Origin: Podarcis bocagei
Taxonomy: Eukaryota
Direction: 5' to 3' (one strand)
Length of the DNA stretch: 64,000 nucleotides
NCBI GenBank assembly: GCA_964188305.1
Contig: OZ076897.1
How positions within the stretch are numbered: position 1 is the stretch's first letter; each line of letters starts with the position of its first letter. Of this stretch, positions 26,604-41,203 are shown in pieces. The position numbers and the translations under genes were made by a program. Below the pieces are notes generated by a model. It had not been told where the DNA came from and searched no databases. It worked only from the letters and a program-made list of their open reading frames with translations.

Positions 26604-26708
26604 CACAGGAAACTGCTGTGTGGGAGACACCGCCAGAAGATGCTGAGGAGGATAGGAAACGGCTGGATACTGTACTGACTGAGAAGAAGGCTGCAGAGCC
26701 TGAACTGG
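26604..26708 (-). CDS. ARPP21: ARPP21 coding exon, 105 nt, phase 0-0 (likely cassette exon)
   Basis: TTTCTGCCTCAG|CCA...GTG|GTACTA (weak donor). Translates PVQALQPSSQSVQYPAVSYPPQHLLAVSPTQQFPV. Confidence 0.88.
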
Positions 26709-28782
26709 CTGAGGCAGAAAGGAAACAGAACAGAAGCAGGGAAGGGAACGATTCAATTATTGTCCTCAGACAAAGACAGACATTTCTTAATTTGAGCCAA
26801 GGTCGGAACAATAGCCTGCAAATAAAGATGACATCTTCCAGCTCATCTAGCATCGGGCGCAATAGGTCAGATATAGTTGTTTTAAGACTGTATTCCCCAT
26901 TCCTGCATGCCTGCAATACTATCTCAGTGGCGAAAAGCCTGTTTGATTTAACACTAAGAAACACAACACTTTCCAATGCAATGCTGATGCTCTTACTTGG
27001 ATGATGTGAGGGCTTGTACAACTGTGCTGGCATTGGGACTGATGTGGAATTTACTGCCGAGGAGCAAGCCATAGAAATGGTCCTTTGAAAATGTGTACCT
27101 AGCACCGTGGGTCCTTTCTTGGTGTGAGTCTCTTGTATTACTGGGGGAAACTAGCAAGGATCCTGTTAACAATTAGCTTTACTGTGCACAACCTAGCAAT
27201 AACAACCAGGATGCAATCGCCATCATGCCCATTAGGAGAAAAAGCTGGGTCACTTAAATAAAGGTTCTGCATATACTCTGCATTTCTACAAGTTTAGTTC
27301 CCCACCACCATCTGCCTCAGTATCTGGAGATATGCGTGCGAATAATTTGCATGTCTCCTAGGCATTATTAGCATCAGAAAGGATGTTAGCTACATCATGC
27401 CAAATTCAGTGACAATTAAATTCCAAAGCAAATTTGTATCTCAGATAGGATTGTTCCTCCTCCTTTTCTTTTGTTTGGCAGAGCAGGCAAATCTTTTCCT
27501 AGCATGCAGATCACTTCCCCCCTTCCAGTTTCACAGGAGCTCTCTAGCTAGGGTCCTTCATTATGTGCCTCCCTCCACTGGGGTAGGGGAGGGAGACTGG
27601 CAACAAGAGAATGGGTCATTTCAATGGTGGCCCACCATTTGTGGAATGTTTTCTCCGGGGAGGCAAACCTGGCACCATGGATTTAAATGCCATGCAAATA
27701 CCATTTCCCCCCTGCACTTTTGGCCTCTCCTAAGTGCAGTGTGTTTTCATTAACTGTGCATTTTTGAGTTTTTTATTTGAATTGTTCTGCTTTTAGGTTT
27801 TTATTGTTGCTTTAAATAGGTTTTAATGTAAATCACTTTGAGTGGATTTATGTAGGATTCAGATGATGATGGGGTGGTGTAATGACTATGAGTTACTCGT
27901 GCGTAAACTGGTGCCTCTCTAGGCTAATTTGCCTTGTTAAACCTTTCTGACTGCACAGCCCTTGCTCAGCGCAGCTGCCTCAGTCGCTGGCAGAATCTGT
28001 CAGTGGGCGTTTCTTGAACCTCTTCCAACATAAAAGTTGTTTGACACCCAGTCTCCTCCTCCTCTCACTGCGCGGGAGTCTTCTGCACAGGGAGGGCGTG
28101 GGCAGCGGAGGACCTGGGCTCTCCTCACTGAGATCCAGTGAAGAGTCCTGGAGCCCTTTCTCCGATTCCCCCATCTGCCCCCCTTTCTCCCTGGTGTTGC
28201 GCTGATTAGCTTCCCCCTCCACTGAGCTGTTTCTCCCCCTGGTGCTGGTTCCTTCGCCAGCACAATCTGTGAGCCTCCCCTTCGCCTCTCGCTCTGATGT
28301 CAGTTCCCTGACAGGTGGGGTGGGAGGCAAGGGAAGCAGAGATCGCCAATGTCTCAAACAAACGGATAGCTCACAATAAAGGACCCCTTCAAGAACATGC
28401 ATAGCCACTGCTGAATTGGCCTTGTGGATGGGAGACATTATATACAGAAGTGCTGTTTACCTATGGAGGAGGTACATGGGCTGGTGCAATGCACAGCTTG
28501 GAAGGCTGCCATGGTAATGCAAAGAAACCTCCTAAATTATATCGGTTTGGGACCGGTGAGCAGGAGGAATCCATGATATTTTACAGGCTCAGAGGGGTGC
28601 ACTGGATGACCCCTTGCAAAGCTGCTGAGGGAAACAACTATTGGTGTGTCATCTGTAAAAGTTGTGCCTTAGAGTCATCGGTCTTTCAAGGTGTCACTGG
28701 ATGCAAATCTTGCACGATGCGCTACTTCAGTGCCTTAACTGCTCCTTGTATGGCTGGGAAAAGAATAAGGCAGCACCAAATA

Positions 28783-29128
28783 CAGTGGTGCCCCGCAAGA
28801 CGAATGCCTTGCAAGACGGAAAACTCGCTAGACGAAAGAGTTTTCCGTTTTGGAGGTGCTTCGCAAAACGAATCTCCTATGGGCTTGCTTTGCAAGACGA
28901 AAATGTCTTGCAAGTTCCTGCGGGGTTTTTTCCCTTTCCCCCCTTTTTTCTAAGCCGCTAAGCCGCTTATCAGCTGATCCGATAAGCCGATAAGCCGCTA
29001 AAAGCCGCTAATAGCCGCTAATAGCGCTAATCCGCTAATCCGTCAATGGGCTTGCTTCGCAAGACGAAAAAACCGCTAGACGAAGAGACTCTCAGAACGG
29101 ATTCTTTTCGTCTTGCGAGGCACCACTG
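28783..29128 (+). mobile_element. Tc1/mariner-pogo MITE, family C
   Basis: TA-CAGTGGTGCCCCGCAAGACGAA...TTCGTCTTGCGAGGCACCACTG-TA with internal GCCGCTAA repeats. Ends 69 bp from the exon donor at 29198. Confidence 0.9.
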
Positions 29129-29170
29129 TAATACTGCTCTAATAGACTCACACTGGATACATAGCTGCTA

Positions 29171-29371
<201 letters not shown>

Positions 29372-29752
29372 TCAATCTTTAATGTACTTTTCAAGACAAC
29401 TTTACAAAAATAAAGCAACCACCAAACAAAGAACTAGCGCAACACATTTAATTCTCTTACAAATGTATGGATATCTTCCCCAAACCCTTAAGTACTGATG
29501 AATGGAAATGTTCCAAGTTCAAAGCAACAAGGTTAGATATTTTTTTTTGCACCATTGAGACTTTGGCAGCCATTAGCCAATGTTTTCTCTTAAAGTGCAC
29601 TAAATCAGAAATTACAGAATCTGAATAAATTGTTAAGTTCACTATGCTTGTTCTTCTCTAAGACAAATGAATTGAGTGCACAATTAGTTAAGAATGCCTC
29701 CTTCATTCTGTGATTCTATAAAGGAATGGCCATATCACTTAGAGATATAGGT

Positions 29753-29880
29753 AGGTAGCTGTGATGGTCTGCCATAGTTGAAACAAAATTAAAAAAATTC
29801 CTTCCAGTAGCACCTTAGAGACCAACTAAGTTTGTTATTGGTATGAGCTTTCGTGTGCATGCACACTTATTCAGATACAC
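29753..29880. mobile_element. Penelope-like element terminal-repeat fragment with degenerate hammerhead motif (29841-29878, minus)
   Basis: Nearly identical to 43916-44113. Minus strand GTAT-CTGAATA-AGTGTGCATGCACAC-GAAAGCTC-ATAC. The Penelope assignment is by recalled similarity and the ribozyme motif. Confidence 0.7.
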
Positions 29881-30362
29881 ATATCAGTTAGTTCAACTGA
29901 CTGATTAAGAGTGCAATCCTACATGCCTTCTTAGCAGTAAGACCAAATTCAAAGGGACTTACACTCAGAAAACTGTATATAGGATTGTAGCCTAATGTGG
30001 AACTTTAACTGATCTTTAGCTGAAGCCATCAGATATTAGTTCAGCATAGATAGATGCTTTCTTCCTTTTGAGAGCTTATGACCCATGCTGATCTTCTTTC
30101 AAATAATAACTGCATTCCAGTAAGCTCTTAATGCATTAAGGGTTCTTAATGAAAAATTTAACTCCAGGTATCCATTCGCTCCCTCTGTGCTGACATGCTA
30201 TGTATTAGGTCTCCACATTTTTCTTTTGGTGGTACATTATTAATGGCGCTGTTCACTGCTCATGAAATACCTATTCAGTGCATAGTTTACTGATGAGGTA
30301 GTTTCTTTGCCCAAAAGCAGGAACCCTGTTTGGACATTGCCCTTCATGTGATTGTAACTTCA

Positions 30363-30836
<474 letters not shown>

Positions 30837-31831
30837 CTACAAAGCAAATTATTTATCTGTAACCTCATCCAAAGCATTTCCCCCCAACTGCAATCTTGGA
30901 TGAGTTTGCAAAGCCTGCTGGTATCACTTGGGGACCATGGTTGTGACATGCAACAGTGCAAGCATCTCATCCAACATGGAATAGAGAAGCCTGTGGGTGG
31001 CATATATTGCCGATGAAAATTTCATGTTACAAATGAGAGCTAACTCATGATCATTGACCAGGTATAATATGGCTATGCTCTACCAGGTGTGTGTATGTTT
31101 AAAATGCATTTGATGACATCCAGTCAGCTAGTTTGTAGAACGGACTTACGCTCATGCAACTGACTTTCATTTTCTCTCTCCCTTCCCCGCAGTCCCTGCT
31201 AACCACCCAAAAATCAGCTCTGGAAGGCTGGGAGACCCTCCAGAGCATATTCAAAGCGCAGGAGGCTACAGGGTGGAGGAGAGGAAGGGGAAGTCTCATT
31301 GTGCTGTGGAAGTCTGCTTGCACAGCACTAGGGCTGGATCTAAACTAGTCATAACATTACTAGTAGAATGCAGCAGCTTTAGCTGACTTCCTAATTGCAA
31401 GCCAAGGTCGGTGTCATGGTGTGATTCTGGGCTTGTTCAACATGAAGCCGGATCTGCACAGGGCACCCAGAGTCAAAGCAGCCCCACCCCCCAAAAAACA
31501 CCGTGTGGTATCCAAAGTCAGTGAGCAAAGCCAGGGATAAGGTTTGGCAAAGAGTGGCGAGATTGTGAAGCATCCTGTGGCACTGCCTAGCAAATCACAT
31601 TGTTGGGTCAATGGGAAACAAGGTGTTTCAATTTTCCAGCTCAAAAAGACTCTGCATTCAGTAAAGCAAACACCCATAATACAGACTCCAATATGAAAGC
31701 AATGAGGGGAGATAGAAAACTCTGACAGTCAGCACTACTAGGCACCTTCACCAGTTTGTGGGTGCTTTCAGTGCAGTCGCAGTTCATCACCTGCTGTTAA
31801 ATGAGCTACAGTTCAGCACTATTCCTTAGCA

Positions 31832-32283
31832 CAGAGGTTTTCAACCTTTTTGAGTCCACGGCTCCCTTAACTAACTACATTCTTTCTGTGGCACCCCTGT
31901 GGGGCTCAGCAGCCCAGTTACGTCACCCCTTGCCTGTAGCCTCTCACCCCTTTTCAAGCACCCTCCCTTGTGGAGTGTTCCCTCAGCCTTCTCTCTGCTC
32001 CTCTCTCCTTGGGAGTCCTCCAGGCAGCTGAGCAGCCACTCCTGGTCTCTGCCACCTCAGCTCCTGGCAACCAGCACCCCCTGGCCAGCCCCAGAGGTGC
32101 CATTTGCCTGGGGAGTTTGCAGCCAGGGCTGCTGCAATGAATAGCTGTGCAAGCCTTTGGGGGGCAGAGGTGCAAGGGGGCATCAGAGGAGGGAAGGAAA
32201 GGGGGACAAAGGCCAGTGTGGCCCACGGCACGTCTGACCATCTTTCAAGGCACCCCAAGGTGCCACGGCACACTGGTAGAAAG
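31832..32283. mobile_element. hAT-type non-autonomous element
   Basis: Starts CAGAGGTTTTCAACCTTTT. 8-bp TSD ccttagca at 31824 and 32284. Right TIR degenerate, interior GC-rich. Confidence 0.7.
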
Positions 32284-33128
32284 CCTTAGCAAATCCACAC
32301 TGTAGCTGGAACTCAACATTTCTACCATTCCTTATTTTAAATTTCCAGGTTTAAGATGCCTCTGGTGCAGATTACAATTGCAGACTACAACACTAGCAAT
32401 GGTCACTGTGTGGTTCATATAACTACACTAAAGTTGTGTCCATAGTTGCTTTGACATAGTGTTCTATTGTTTACGAAGAGGAGGGGGCGGAACCAATTTT
32501 TTTTAAGCTCTCATTAATGCTCCCACCCCATGGATGCAAACATTGCAGCTGTATAGCTGCATTACATTGACATCATTTTAACTGAATATTTTGATGATGT
32601 CATACATTGCAGGAGTGCAGCCCAAGTGATTTGTTAAATTATTAACTTTCCCAGCCTCGGTATTGATTTATAGCTTTAATAATGCATCCTTCCATATCCA
32701 TTATAGCTCACAATATGCGAGCAACAAGGTAGTATATTATTGGCAAGGGATAAACTATGCTTTTAAATTAAAATGGATTTTTTGGGGGGGGGGTCAGCAC
32801 AACAACATGTGATTAAAGTGTAAAGGGAGATTAGTAATAACATTTAGAGATGCTCAGCTAATTGTGGTGACTGAGTACTGTCATATCACAAGAGTTCTTT
32901 GTCGTTTGCTTTGCGGGGACCAACACTGTAGTAAATGAACGTGGTGGACTAATGCAGAACATTCAGGATGATGAATGCCATATAGGAGGACCCAAGGGCC
33001 ATAATTGCTGTTGGCCAACTTTCTGAGGGCCGCATGGCCAACGTGAAAGTGAACATAACCCAGGTTTGAGCACAGAAATATGCATGGATGTAGGCAGACC
33101 TACACAGGGAGTTAGAGATGCACACAAA

Positions 33129-33143
33129 CAGGCAGGCAGGCAG

Positions 33144-33187
<44 letters not shown>
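33129..33187. repeat. Compound microsatellite (CAGG)4(CA)~21
   Basis: Directly visible. Confidence 0.97.
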
Positions 33188-33189
<2 letters not shown>

Positions 33190-34815
33190 AGGCATACAGA
33201 CCCCCAGCTCCATTGTCAATCTGTGCCCATCAGTAGAGGAGAGGGGTGGGGATCATCCTTCCCATCACAGTACTGAGCTTGGCAGAGAGGTTATTCTGCC
33301 TGTAGCCTCTGATTATTTTGAAAAAAGTGCCTTTTATCTCATGCATTCTGCTAGTGGAAGAGAATAAAAGTGCCCAGGAAAGCAGAGCATGCTCACTCTT
33401 TCCTCTCCCTGGAACACTCCAATCTTCAAGCCATGATGGCATACAAGAAGGAGGATTTTGCTGAGCATTGGAGAGCTACTTCATGGGCATCAGGTTCACC
33501 ACATCCTGCTGTATAATTTACACATTTTTTTTAGAAAGAGTGCACAAGAGCGAAATCTTAATGTATTTGTCTGCAATGAAATAATTCAGTCAACTTCCAA
33601 TGCCTGTAAATTATCATAATCTTCAGCCAACTGTTCTTCTTGGAAGTGTTTTTTCTTGTTATCATCTGGAGTGTAAGAACTGATCTAGCTAAAGAAAATA
33701 TGCATAGGTTGGCTAGGCATCTGGCTTTGTGCAGCTGCTACTGATATATGCAATTTAACATGGGTATTGGCTGTGTTCCATTCTAACAGCTGAGATTCCT
33801 GAATTGCAAGGGTTTGGGCTAGATGACCCTTGGGTCCCTTCTAACTCTACAATTCTATGATTCTATCGCCCTATACCTATTTTAAAGATACAAGGTTTCA
33901 AACGAAACCTCATCTGGTAGCCTCAGGAAACATCAATAAGAGACAAGGGGACATCATGACAAGCAACTATATTCTTTTGCAGGAAATATCATAGGAAAAA
34001 AATTAGTTACTTCAAAATATAAATCACACTACTTCAGGAGACTAACAGGGAAAAGTTATCATGAGTTGACTCTTTCCTGTTAAAAGAGACTGCATAGACT
34101 TAGCACTTTTCCTTTAAGATGTCTAAAGTATTTGTTTTATGAGGAGTCTTACAAATATATATTATAAATAAATAAATTAGTCTCCTTAAAATGATTTGAT
34201 CTATAAGAACTAGCACACATGAAGTATACAAGTGTCTATAGGTGTGCTTCGGCAGGGAACTGATGTAATCAGCAGTTGAATTGTTCCACCTTTCTAAATC
34301 ATCCATAATCAGTAGACTCTTGTGACGAATCAGTTACAGACTTGCACTTCTTTAGAGTGCAGGCGAGGAATTGGTGGTTTGAATGTTCTTCCACATCAAT
34401 AACTCTCTGCACATCCCTAGGTAACCTGTCACACTGGAATGGGAACCCTTTTTATATGGGGAAGCCTTTTTCATTCAATCCTCCCCTCACCTACAGCCTG
34501 AAGTGATACAATCTTGCAACAGATAATTTATGCTTGTCTACAGAAAAAAACTTGAGGCTCTTTGTCAGTGACCGCAAATACATGCTTTTACTGGAAGCGA
34601 CTTAGCCTTTCACTACTAGAGCCAAGCAATCTCAAAAGCAGCAAGTAAGGATAATCCTCTGCATGACTAAGCTCTACTGAATTCAGTGGGATTTAGTCCC
34701 AGGTAAATGTGGATAGCATCCTGTGTTTACCAGGGCTATCACAAAATTAAACATAATTCTCAAAGACCAGTAGGTTAAATATGACAAAGGGTACTGTGAT
34801 GGGTGATTTTTATGG

Positions 34816-35021
34816 CAGGGGTTCCCAAACCGTGGTCCACGAACCATCAGTGGTCCATCAGCTTCATTTGGATGGTCTGTGACATGTCTGTGGATTTGTG
34901 GTTGAAGATGGGAGATGAAACATCCATTGCAGTAAATATCCCTACGGATTTCAATTGCTACAGCAAGCAGGGAAATCTGTAAGTGGTCTGCCAAGACCCT
35001 CAGCAAAAGTTTGGGAACCAG
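34816..35021. mobile_element. hAT (Charlie-like) MITE
   Basis: CAGGGGTTCCCAAAC / GTTTGGGAACCAG termini, flanks ttttatgg / ttttatgt. Confidence 0.7.
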
Positions 35022-35730
35022 TTTTATGTTCCTGGAAATTGATAATGAATGCTTGCCATACGTAAACAGAAAACCAGATTGACTTCTTAACTTGTCTACC
35101 ATCTGAACTACTAGACAGTTACAAACAGAAGACAAGTATTGGTGTTTGCTGGATGACAGATTTTTACCCCATGAACCCCACTTATAAACTTTTCCTGCAC
35201 TATCAAGAATGTTGCAGTATGCCGTAGCAGGGACACTTTCTTTGAGCGTTCAGACTAAAGGTCCATCTAGCCGAGCCTTCTGTTTATGACAGAATGCCTC
35301 TTCCAAGTTTGCAGGCAAGGGATGAAGCCAAGAATCTACAGCCAACCCCTGTTGTTTGTTTCCAGCACTTGATATGCAGGAGTTTGCAACCTCTAAATAG
35401 GAAGGTTCCATTCAGCTGCCATGGACCTATTTTACATGCAGGTGTGTAATCCAGGGATGGGGAAGCTGGAGCCCTCCATATCCCGTTGGGCTACAACTTC
35501 CACCATCCCTGACTCTGGCTCATGCTGGCTGGAGTTAAAGTCCAATGACATCTGCAATGCCACAGATTCTTCCATCCCTGGTCCATTCCCTTTCAATGAC
35601 ATCAGCATTTTTAAGAATTTAAACATCTGAACAGTCCCTATATAACCTGAAAGACATGTGCCTTCACCTACAGGCTTTGATTACTGCAGAGAAGCATGAA
35701 GTAGAATTTGGGGCAGAGTGTGTATTTATC

Positions 35731-35768
35731 ATTACTACTACTACTACTACTATTATTATTATTATTAT
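35731..35768. repeat. Compound microsatellite (TAC)n(TAT)n
   Basis: Directly visible. Confidence 0.95.
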
Positions 35769-36509
35769 CACTTTGAATAATCCTCCTCCTGGTTCAGCAA
35801 TCCCTTCTGAATCCATTCCCCACAGCCGTATTTCTCCTGGCTTCCCCAGGCTGACTGACAGCTTCACTTTATGTTCTGGCGTTGGAAACTACGAGCTTGT
35901 TTTGACAACCAGTCTTGCTCCCCACCCCCCTTCCTGCACCCTTTCATTGAGTTACTGCAGCTCCCCCCCCCCCCGTTCTGGGTCTTGACAAGCTTTCAAA
36001 ATTTAAAGGGAGGGGAGCACTCAACATTTCTAATCACCCTGCAATGGAGAGGATATTATCACTGAAGTGGTTTTAAATGTGTCATAAGAGATTTCATTTG
36101 GAGGTTAGGTGAATACCTTGGGTAGATAAACTTGAATTATTGGTGCTCCTCATGTATTTTTCTTCTTCTTGGGAGGGTTGATGTATAATTTTAGCAACCA
36201 AAATGTTATGCAAGTTTTAAGATCCTTTAATGTGTGAGGTCTGGATGCAGGGAAGCCAGGGGAGTGAAAGGAAGGGCTGGGAGGAATGGAGTGGTCGGGC
36301 TGACTTATTTCCCACTCCCAATCCTCCCTCTTTTGCCATTAAGTCACTGCAGCTGAATGGAATGCTTTTTCCTTGAGCATCTATGTGAACTAAGACCTAT
36401 GTTTAGATCTACACCTGCTCACTCCACCCTTCACCCTGCTTCTACCCATCTTCTGCACATAAAAACCCATGCACCATGCCCATCCCTCTGCAGAGAGAAT
36501 GGGTCGTTG

Positions 36510-36885
36510 GTTTTTTGTTTGCATTTTTATTAAAGATTTTCTTGGTTTACAAAAGTATGTGCAATGTCTCTCTCTCTCTTTTCAAGTAACATTTTTTACA
36601 GATCAGTTTCATTTGTTGAGACATTAGGAAGAAAAGGGGGAAAGAGATGGAGAGGGGAAAGGTGAGTGGGGGTGGGGTCGGGTGGCAATATTTCTATTTT
36701 ACTTAATATATGTGGGGTTTTGTGTCAGCGTCGCTTGTGCAGGTCCTCTTCTATTCATTTGTGTTCCTTTGGTGGTGAGAGAGGTTGGGGTTGGCCTAGG
36801 GTGTGGTTGTTTGTTTGTGATTGGCTGTGGTGATCTTTGTTTTCACGTGTGAGTGGGGTGGGTGGGTGTTTTGGATCAGGTTAGG
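36510..36885 (-). mobile_element. Probable LINE 3'UTR fragment with poly(A) signal and tail
   Basis: T-rich start with tttatt (AATAAA on the minus strand) followed by G/T-rich UTR-like sequence. Family not identified. Confidence 0.45.
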
Positions 36886-38397
36886 AGTATTAGAGGGGAA
36901 TAGGATGTCGAGCTGTTAAATCTGAAAGATCCTGTGAGTGGTTCAACATTAATCTGCATCTTAGGCACCAGTTGGTTAAATGTTTGGCTAGCCTAATAGG
37001 CACGTTGACCATGGTTTCCCGTATTTTATATAAGCTACCTAGAATACTCTTGCTTAGGTCAGATATAAATGTATAAATCAAATTTAAAATGATATTAAGG
37101 ATTTTCTTTAGCCTTTTGCATAGTTAATAGCTAAAGATGTTTCTTCAGAGGGTATTAATGGCTAGAAGGTGCTTGCTTAAATGAGCATTGATGGCTTTGG
37201 ATGCCTGGTAGCTAACAGGTTCTTGATGATATACCCTATCTGCCGGAGTGTGAGCTGGAAGGAAATCATTTGGAAGTTAAAATGGAATAGATGTCTGAGT
37301 TATTGCAGCTAGATTTCAAGAAGAGCCTTGTGGTTGGGGGCTCCAAGGATATGCTGCTATTTTGGAGGGAAATGTAGCGATATAGGTGCTTGCCTGCTTC
37401 CTTTTGTTCAGCTTGCAAAAAGGGACATCTTATAAATTTCTATTCTTCAATGTGTCAAGTGGGAAGTCTCCCAACACTAGAAGAGTTCCTGTTTCGGGCT
37501 GGAGAAAAAGAGCAACACCTGGCTTCAGAGATTAGAACCAACAGCAGAAGCCCATAAACTATACCTAAATGCAACAAAATATTTGGTAACAAGATGGAAG
37601 CTGAGAAAGCAAGAACCCCCTACGTCACCCACATGTGGCTAAGTACAGACCTGGACAAGGCAAAGTTGTATGCACAGGCAGCCCTCAGGACACATGGAAA
37701 AGTGGGCAGTTCCACTTTAATCAATTTAAGCAATGCTTTAAGTTATAAATTCTTTGATTTTTGATTCTGAAATGTAATGAAATATAGAAAACTTAATAAA
37801 AATTATATTTTAAAAAAAGGAAAAGTGGGAAGTTCCTTTTCCCTTCCCTATCTCTAGAGAGCAGTCCCTAACTCTGGGGTGCAGAAAAGCATATTCATTT
37901 TATAGGACTGGTAAAACCAGGACACATCTTAAAAGTATCAGAAACTTACTGAAGAATTCTGTATTCAAAAGTCACATCATTAAATCCTCATTTTAATGAT
38001 CATTCTATGATTCTGTGTGGACCAAAGTTCATGATGCAGTCCTACAAATCACTTCTAGAGATAACCTCCCACAGCTTCCTTACAAAGGGAGCAGAAACTC
38101 TCTGTGTTGAGAGCTTTCCACTGATACTGCCTCAAACCATGCAGAAATGGAAGTCACTCCAGCTTGCATCCCTTGGAACCTAGATTGGAATTTTGGAGTA
38201 GACCTCAAGCCTAACAAGCTAAGCTTCGACCCATAAGGCAGGGATTCCAATCCCTTGATGTCATAGACTGCCTTCTGTACAAAAGGGCAGGAATAAACAC
38301 AATACTAAAAGGGTGCCTAAAATTTCCAGTATGTATGCATTATTTGCTAGACTTCCATTCTACCTTTCCTCCAATATCAAGCCCAAGGTGGCACACA

Positions 38398-38398
38398 A

Positions 38399-38446
<48 letters not shown>

Positions 38447-38480
38447 AGGAAGGAAGGAAGGAAGGAAGGAAGGAAGGAAA
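38398..38480. repeat. Compound purine microsatellite (GAAA)n(GGAA)n
   Basis: Directly visible. Confidence 0.97.
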
Positions 38481-40966
38481 TTCTTTAACCAAGCTCTTGG
38501 AGAAACAACAAAAAATGTTTACTTGTTTCTTAAGTAACAAGAAAAGAGATGCTATAAAATGCTGCTCTTGGAACTTCCTGTCAATCCTGAAAGTCGGGAA
38601 TGTGAATGAATGTCAGTGATGGATGATGCTACATCACTACTATTAATAATGTCTTTTGAAAGTAAAGTAATTCTAAGTGTGAACCTACGGATCGATAACT
38701 TGTTAGAATTCACTGTGCTGCTGCATCCAAAGCACAGAACATTATCAGAACTTGTATAAGGTAGTCAACATTTTCAGAAATTTAATTTTAGTTAGCTTCT
38801 AAAAACTGAAGAATGTTACTTTTATTATTATATCAATATTTTTTTTTAAAAAAGACGATGTACTTTATTAAAAAAAAATGCACCATGTGGCTGGTTGGCA
38901 TAGCTTTTATACAAAGCTAATAACTTGGATCATGAATGACTGTGCAAAGCCCATTCAAAAAGTGTAACCTGCTCTTCCACTCCAAATATTAGTGATTCAG
39001 TCACTACAGGGAAAGTTAACTGAATGATCAGCGGGGGTTTTTAGGAACGTTCACCTCAACTTTTCCTGGATGTGCAAAGAGAAAAAGAAAGAAAAGTTGG
39101 ACTTCTCACACTAGCAGTTCATATCTGGATGAAAAACAATGGTGTTTTATTCTATCACACCATACTACATCAAGGAGCAGCTGATTGCTACAAGTTTTAA
39201 GGCTCCCTAACTTTCAGAAAACTGAACATGCACTTAGGAGTCTGGTTAATATTTTCTGCTGTCTCTGCTGCCAGCCTAAGGTTGGAATCTTGGGCCTTAT
39301 GTTGTATGAGGTCAAAGAGGGAGTATTTATTTCCCCCTTCAAACTCTTATAAAAAGCAGAGGTTATGGCCAGGACAGGCCTCAGATTTGGATATGGCATG
39401 GGCTGGCCAGTGGCTTTGCCAACAGCCCACTGCCAGCTGAGAAGATCTCTCATTTCTTAATGTGAAAAGTAACTGGCAACTGTTGAAATGAAGTGGGAAA
39501 AGGGAGATCACCCTAGAAGCAGCTGTGATGTTGCAGGAGCCTCTGTGATCACCTCTCATTTCCTAAGGGGAGTGGTGCAGCAGGGAGAGTGGAAAGCTCA
39601 TTTGTCCCTCATTTGATGGGGACATCTGGAAAAGGGCCTCTGAAGATGACTCCAGGTATGAGAGGAGGCAGCACTTCTGACCCTACAATTATTCAGGGAC
39701 TTAAAGGACACCTGTTTCATGGCAAGGGGCTCAAGGATGATCTCCTGCTGAAATGTGTGCGGGAGAAAGCAGGGCAGCGATTCTTTCATGCTTGTTTTGC
39801 CCCACCAGCACTGCTAGGGCTAAACATTGTGTGTGCAACAATTGTGGGGTGTATGTGTGAAAGGATGGAGTATAACTGCACTATAAAGGAGCTACAAACA
39901 CCCTGTGCTCAAGGGCCCGTAAAACCCTGCACCAAGCCTGCTTGCGAAGGTCATTAGGTTAGGGCACTGGCATCAGCCCTGATGGTTGCAAAGCATGGAC
40001 ACACCATAAGATGAGAAGAGGCAGCGATTCTGAAGATAAAATTGCATATTAATGAAGCTTAATTAACTTTGCTTGGTTCCCCCACAAAGGAATGAGATCC
40101 TCTGTATTCCACTTATGACCCAGAACATTTGGTTGAAAAAGAGGCAGGTGGGGGAACTAATGCGTTTCTTCCAGCTTATGGACCTATGAGCAAAAACTCA
40201 TTTTTAGATTCTCCTGTGTTGCATTTGAACTCGTGGGAGTTCAACTGATTGCTCTCTTGTATCATAATATGATCTACATATCTCAGTGGACACTCTTCTT
40301 CCACCCAATTTACTGACAGCTCTCCACTGAACAAATAACAAAATCTGAAGCACAGTAAAGAACATACTGCAATATGTCGGAGTTTAGTGAGCTATTGCTA
40401 ACAAAGGTTTGGAAAACCAAGTTTAAGTTTGTGTCCGTACAGCTCTCAGAAAGTGAAAAGCAGTAAATGCTAAAATCAATTTGTAGGCATGGCATTATTA
40501 AGGATGACATCCTATAAGAGTATTCTTATAAGCACAAACCTTCAACCTATACATGCCCTTCCATCCCACAACTGTAGATTTCGTTTGACCTGAGGGCCAC
40601 TGAATCCTGAACTTAAGCATCTTGTAGAAAAGTATTAAAACATATCTATTATATCTGGCTTTGGGCAGCTGAGGCTAAAGAGGTAAAGCTGTGGTGTATT
40701 CTTTGTATACAATGTACAAGAAGAACAGATTTAATTCCAATTTAATATGTATTTCCTTTAAGATCATATGTTTAATAGCACATGTAACATTGCAGCTAAA
40801 GAAGCCTCTTTGCTTCCCGTGTACAAAATTAGTAGATCCATCTCCAAATCACAGCCAGAGTTAAAATCAAAACTACGCTTTCTTTTTATTTGTGCTTCCA
40901 GAATGAGAAATTAAAACAACATGCGAACACCGAGTGCACATTGCATGCATCCCATTTCACATAGAG

Positions 40967-41203
40967 TTTGGATTTGATATCCCGCTTTATCACTACCATA
41001 AGGAGTCTCAAAGCGGCTAACAATCTCCTTTCCCTTCCTCCCCCACAACAAACACTCTGTGAGGTGAGTGGGGCTGAGAGACTTCAGAGAAGTGTGACTA
41101 GCCCAAGGTCACCCAGCAGCTGCAGGTGGAGGAGAGGGGAATCGAACTTGGTTCACCAGACTACGAGTCCACCGCTCTTAACCACTACACCACACTGGCT
41201 CTC
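40967..41203 (-). mobile_element. tRNA-derived squamate SINE with MIR/CORE-like centre and L2-type tail
   Basis: Minus strand GAGAGCCAGTGTGGTGTAGTGGTTAAGAGCGG...GTTCGATTCCCC (A/B boxes), GGGTGACCTTGGGCTAGTCAC, tail AAAGCGGGATATCAAATCCAAA. Confidence 0.85.

Noticed and set aside
28450-28961. Similar ORFs at 28450, 51002 and 61767 as a gene family
   Set aside because: The shared peptide comes from copies of non-coding MITE family C.
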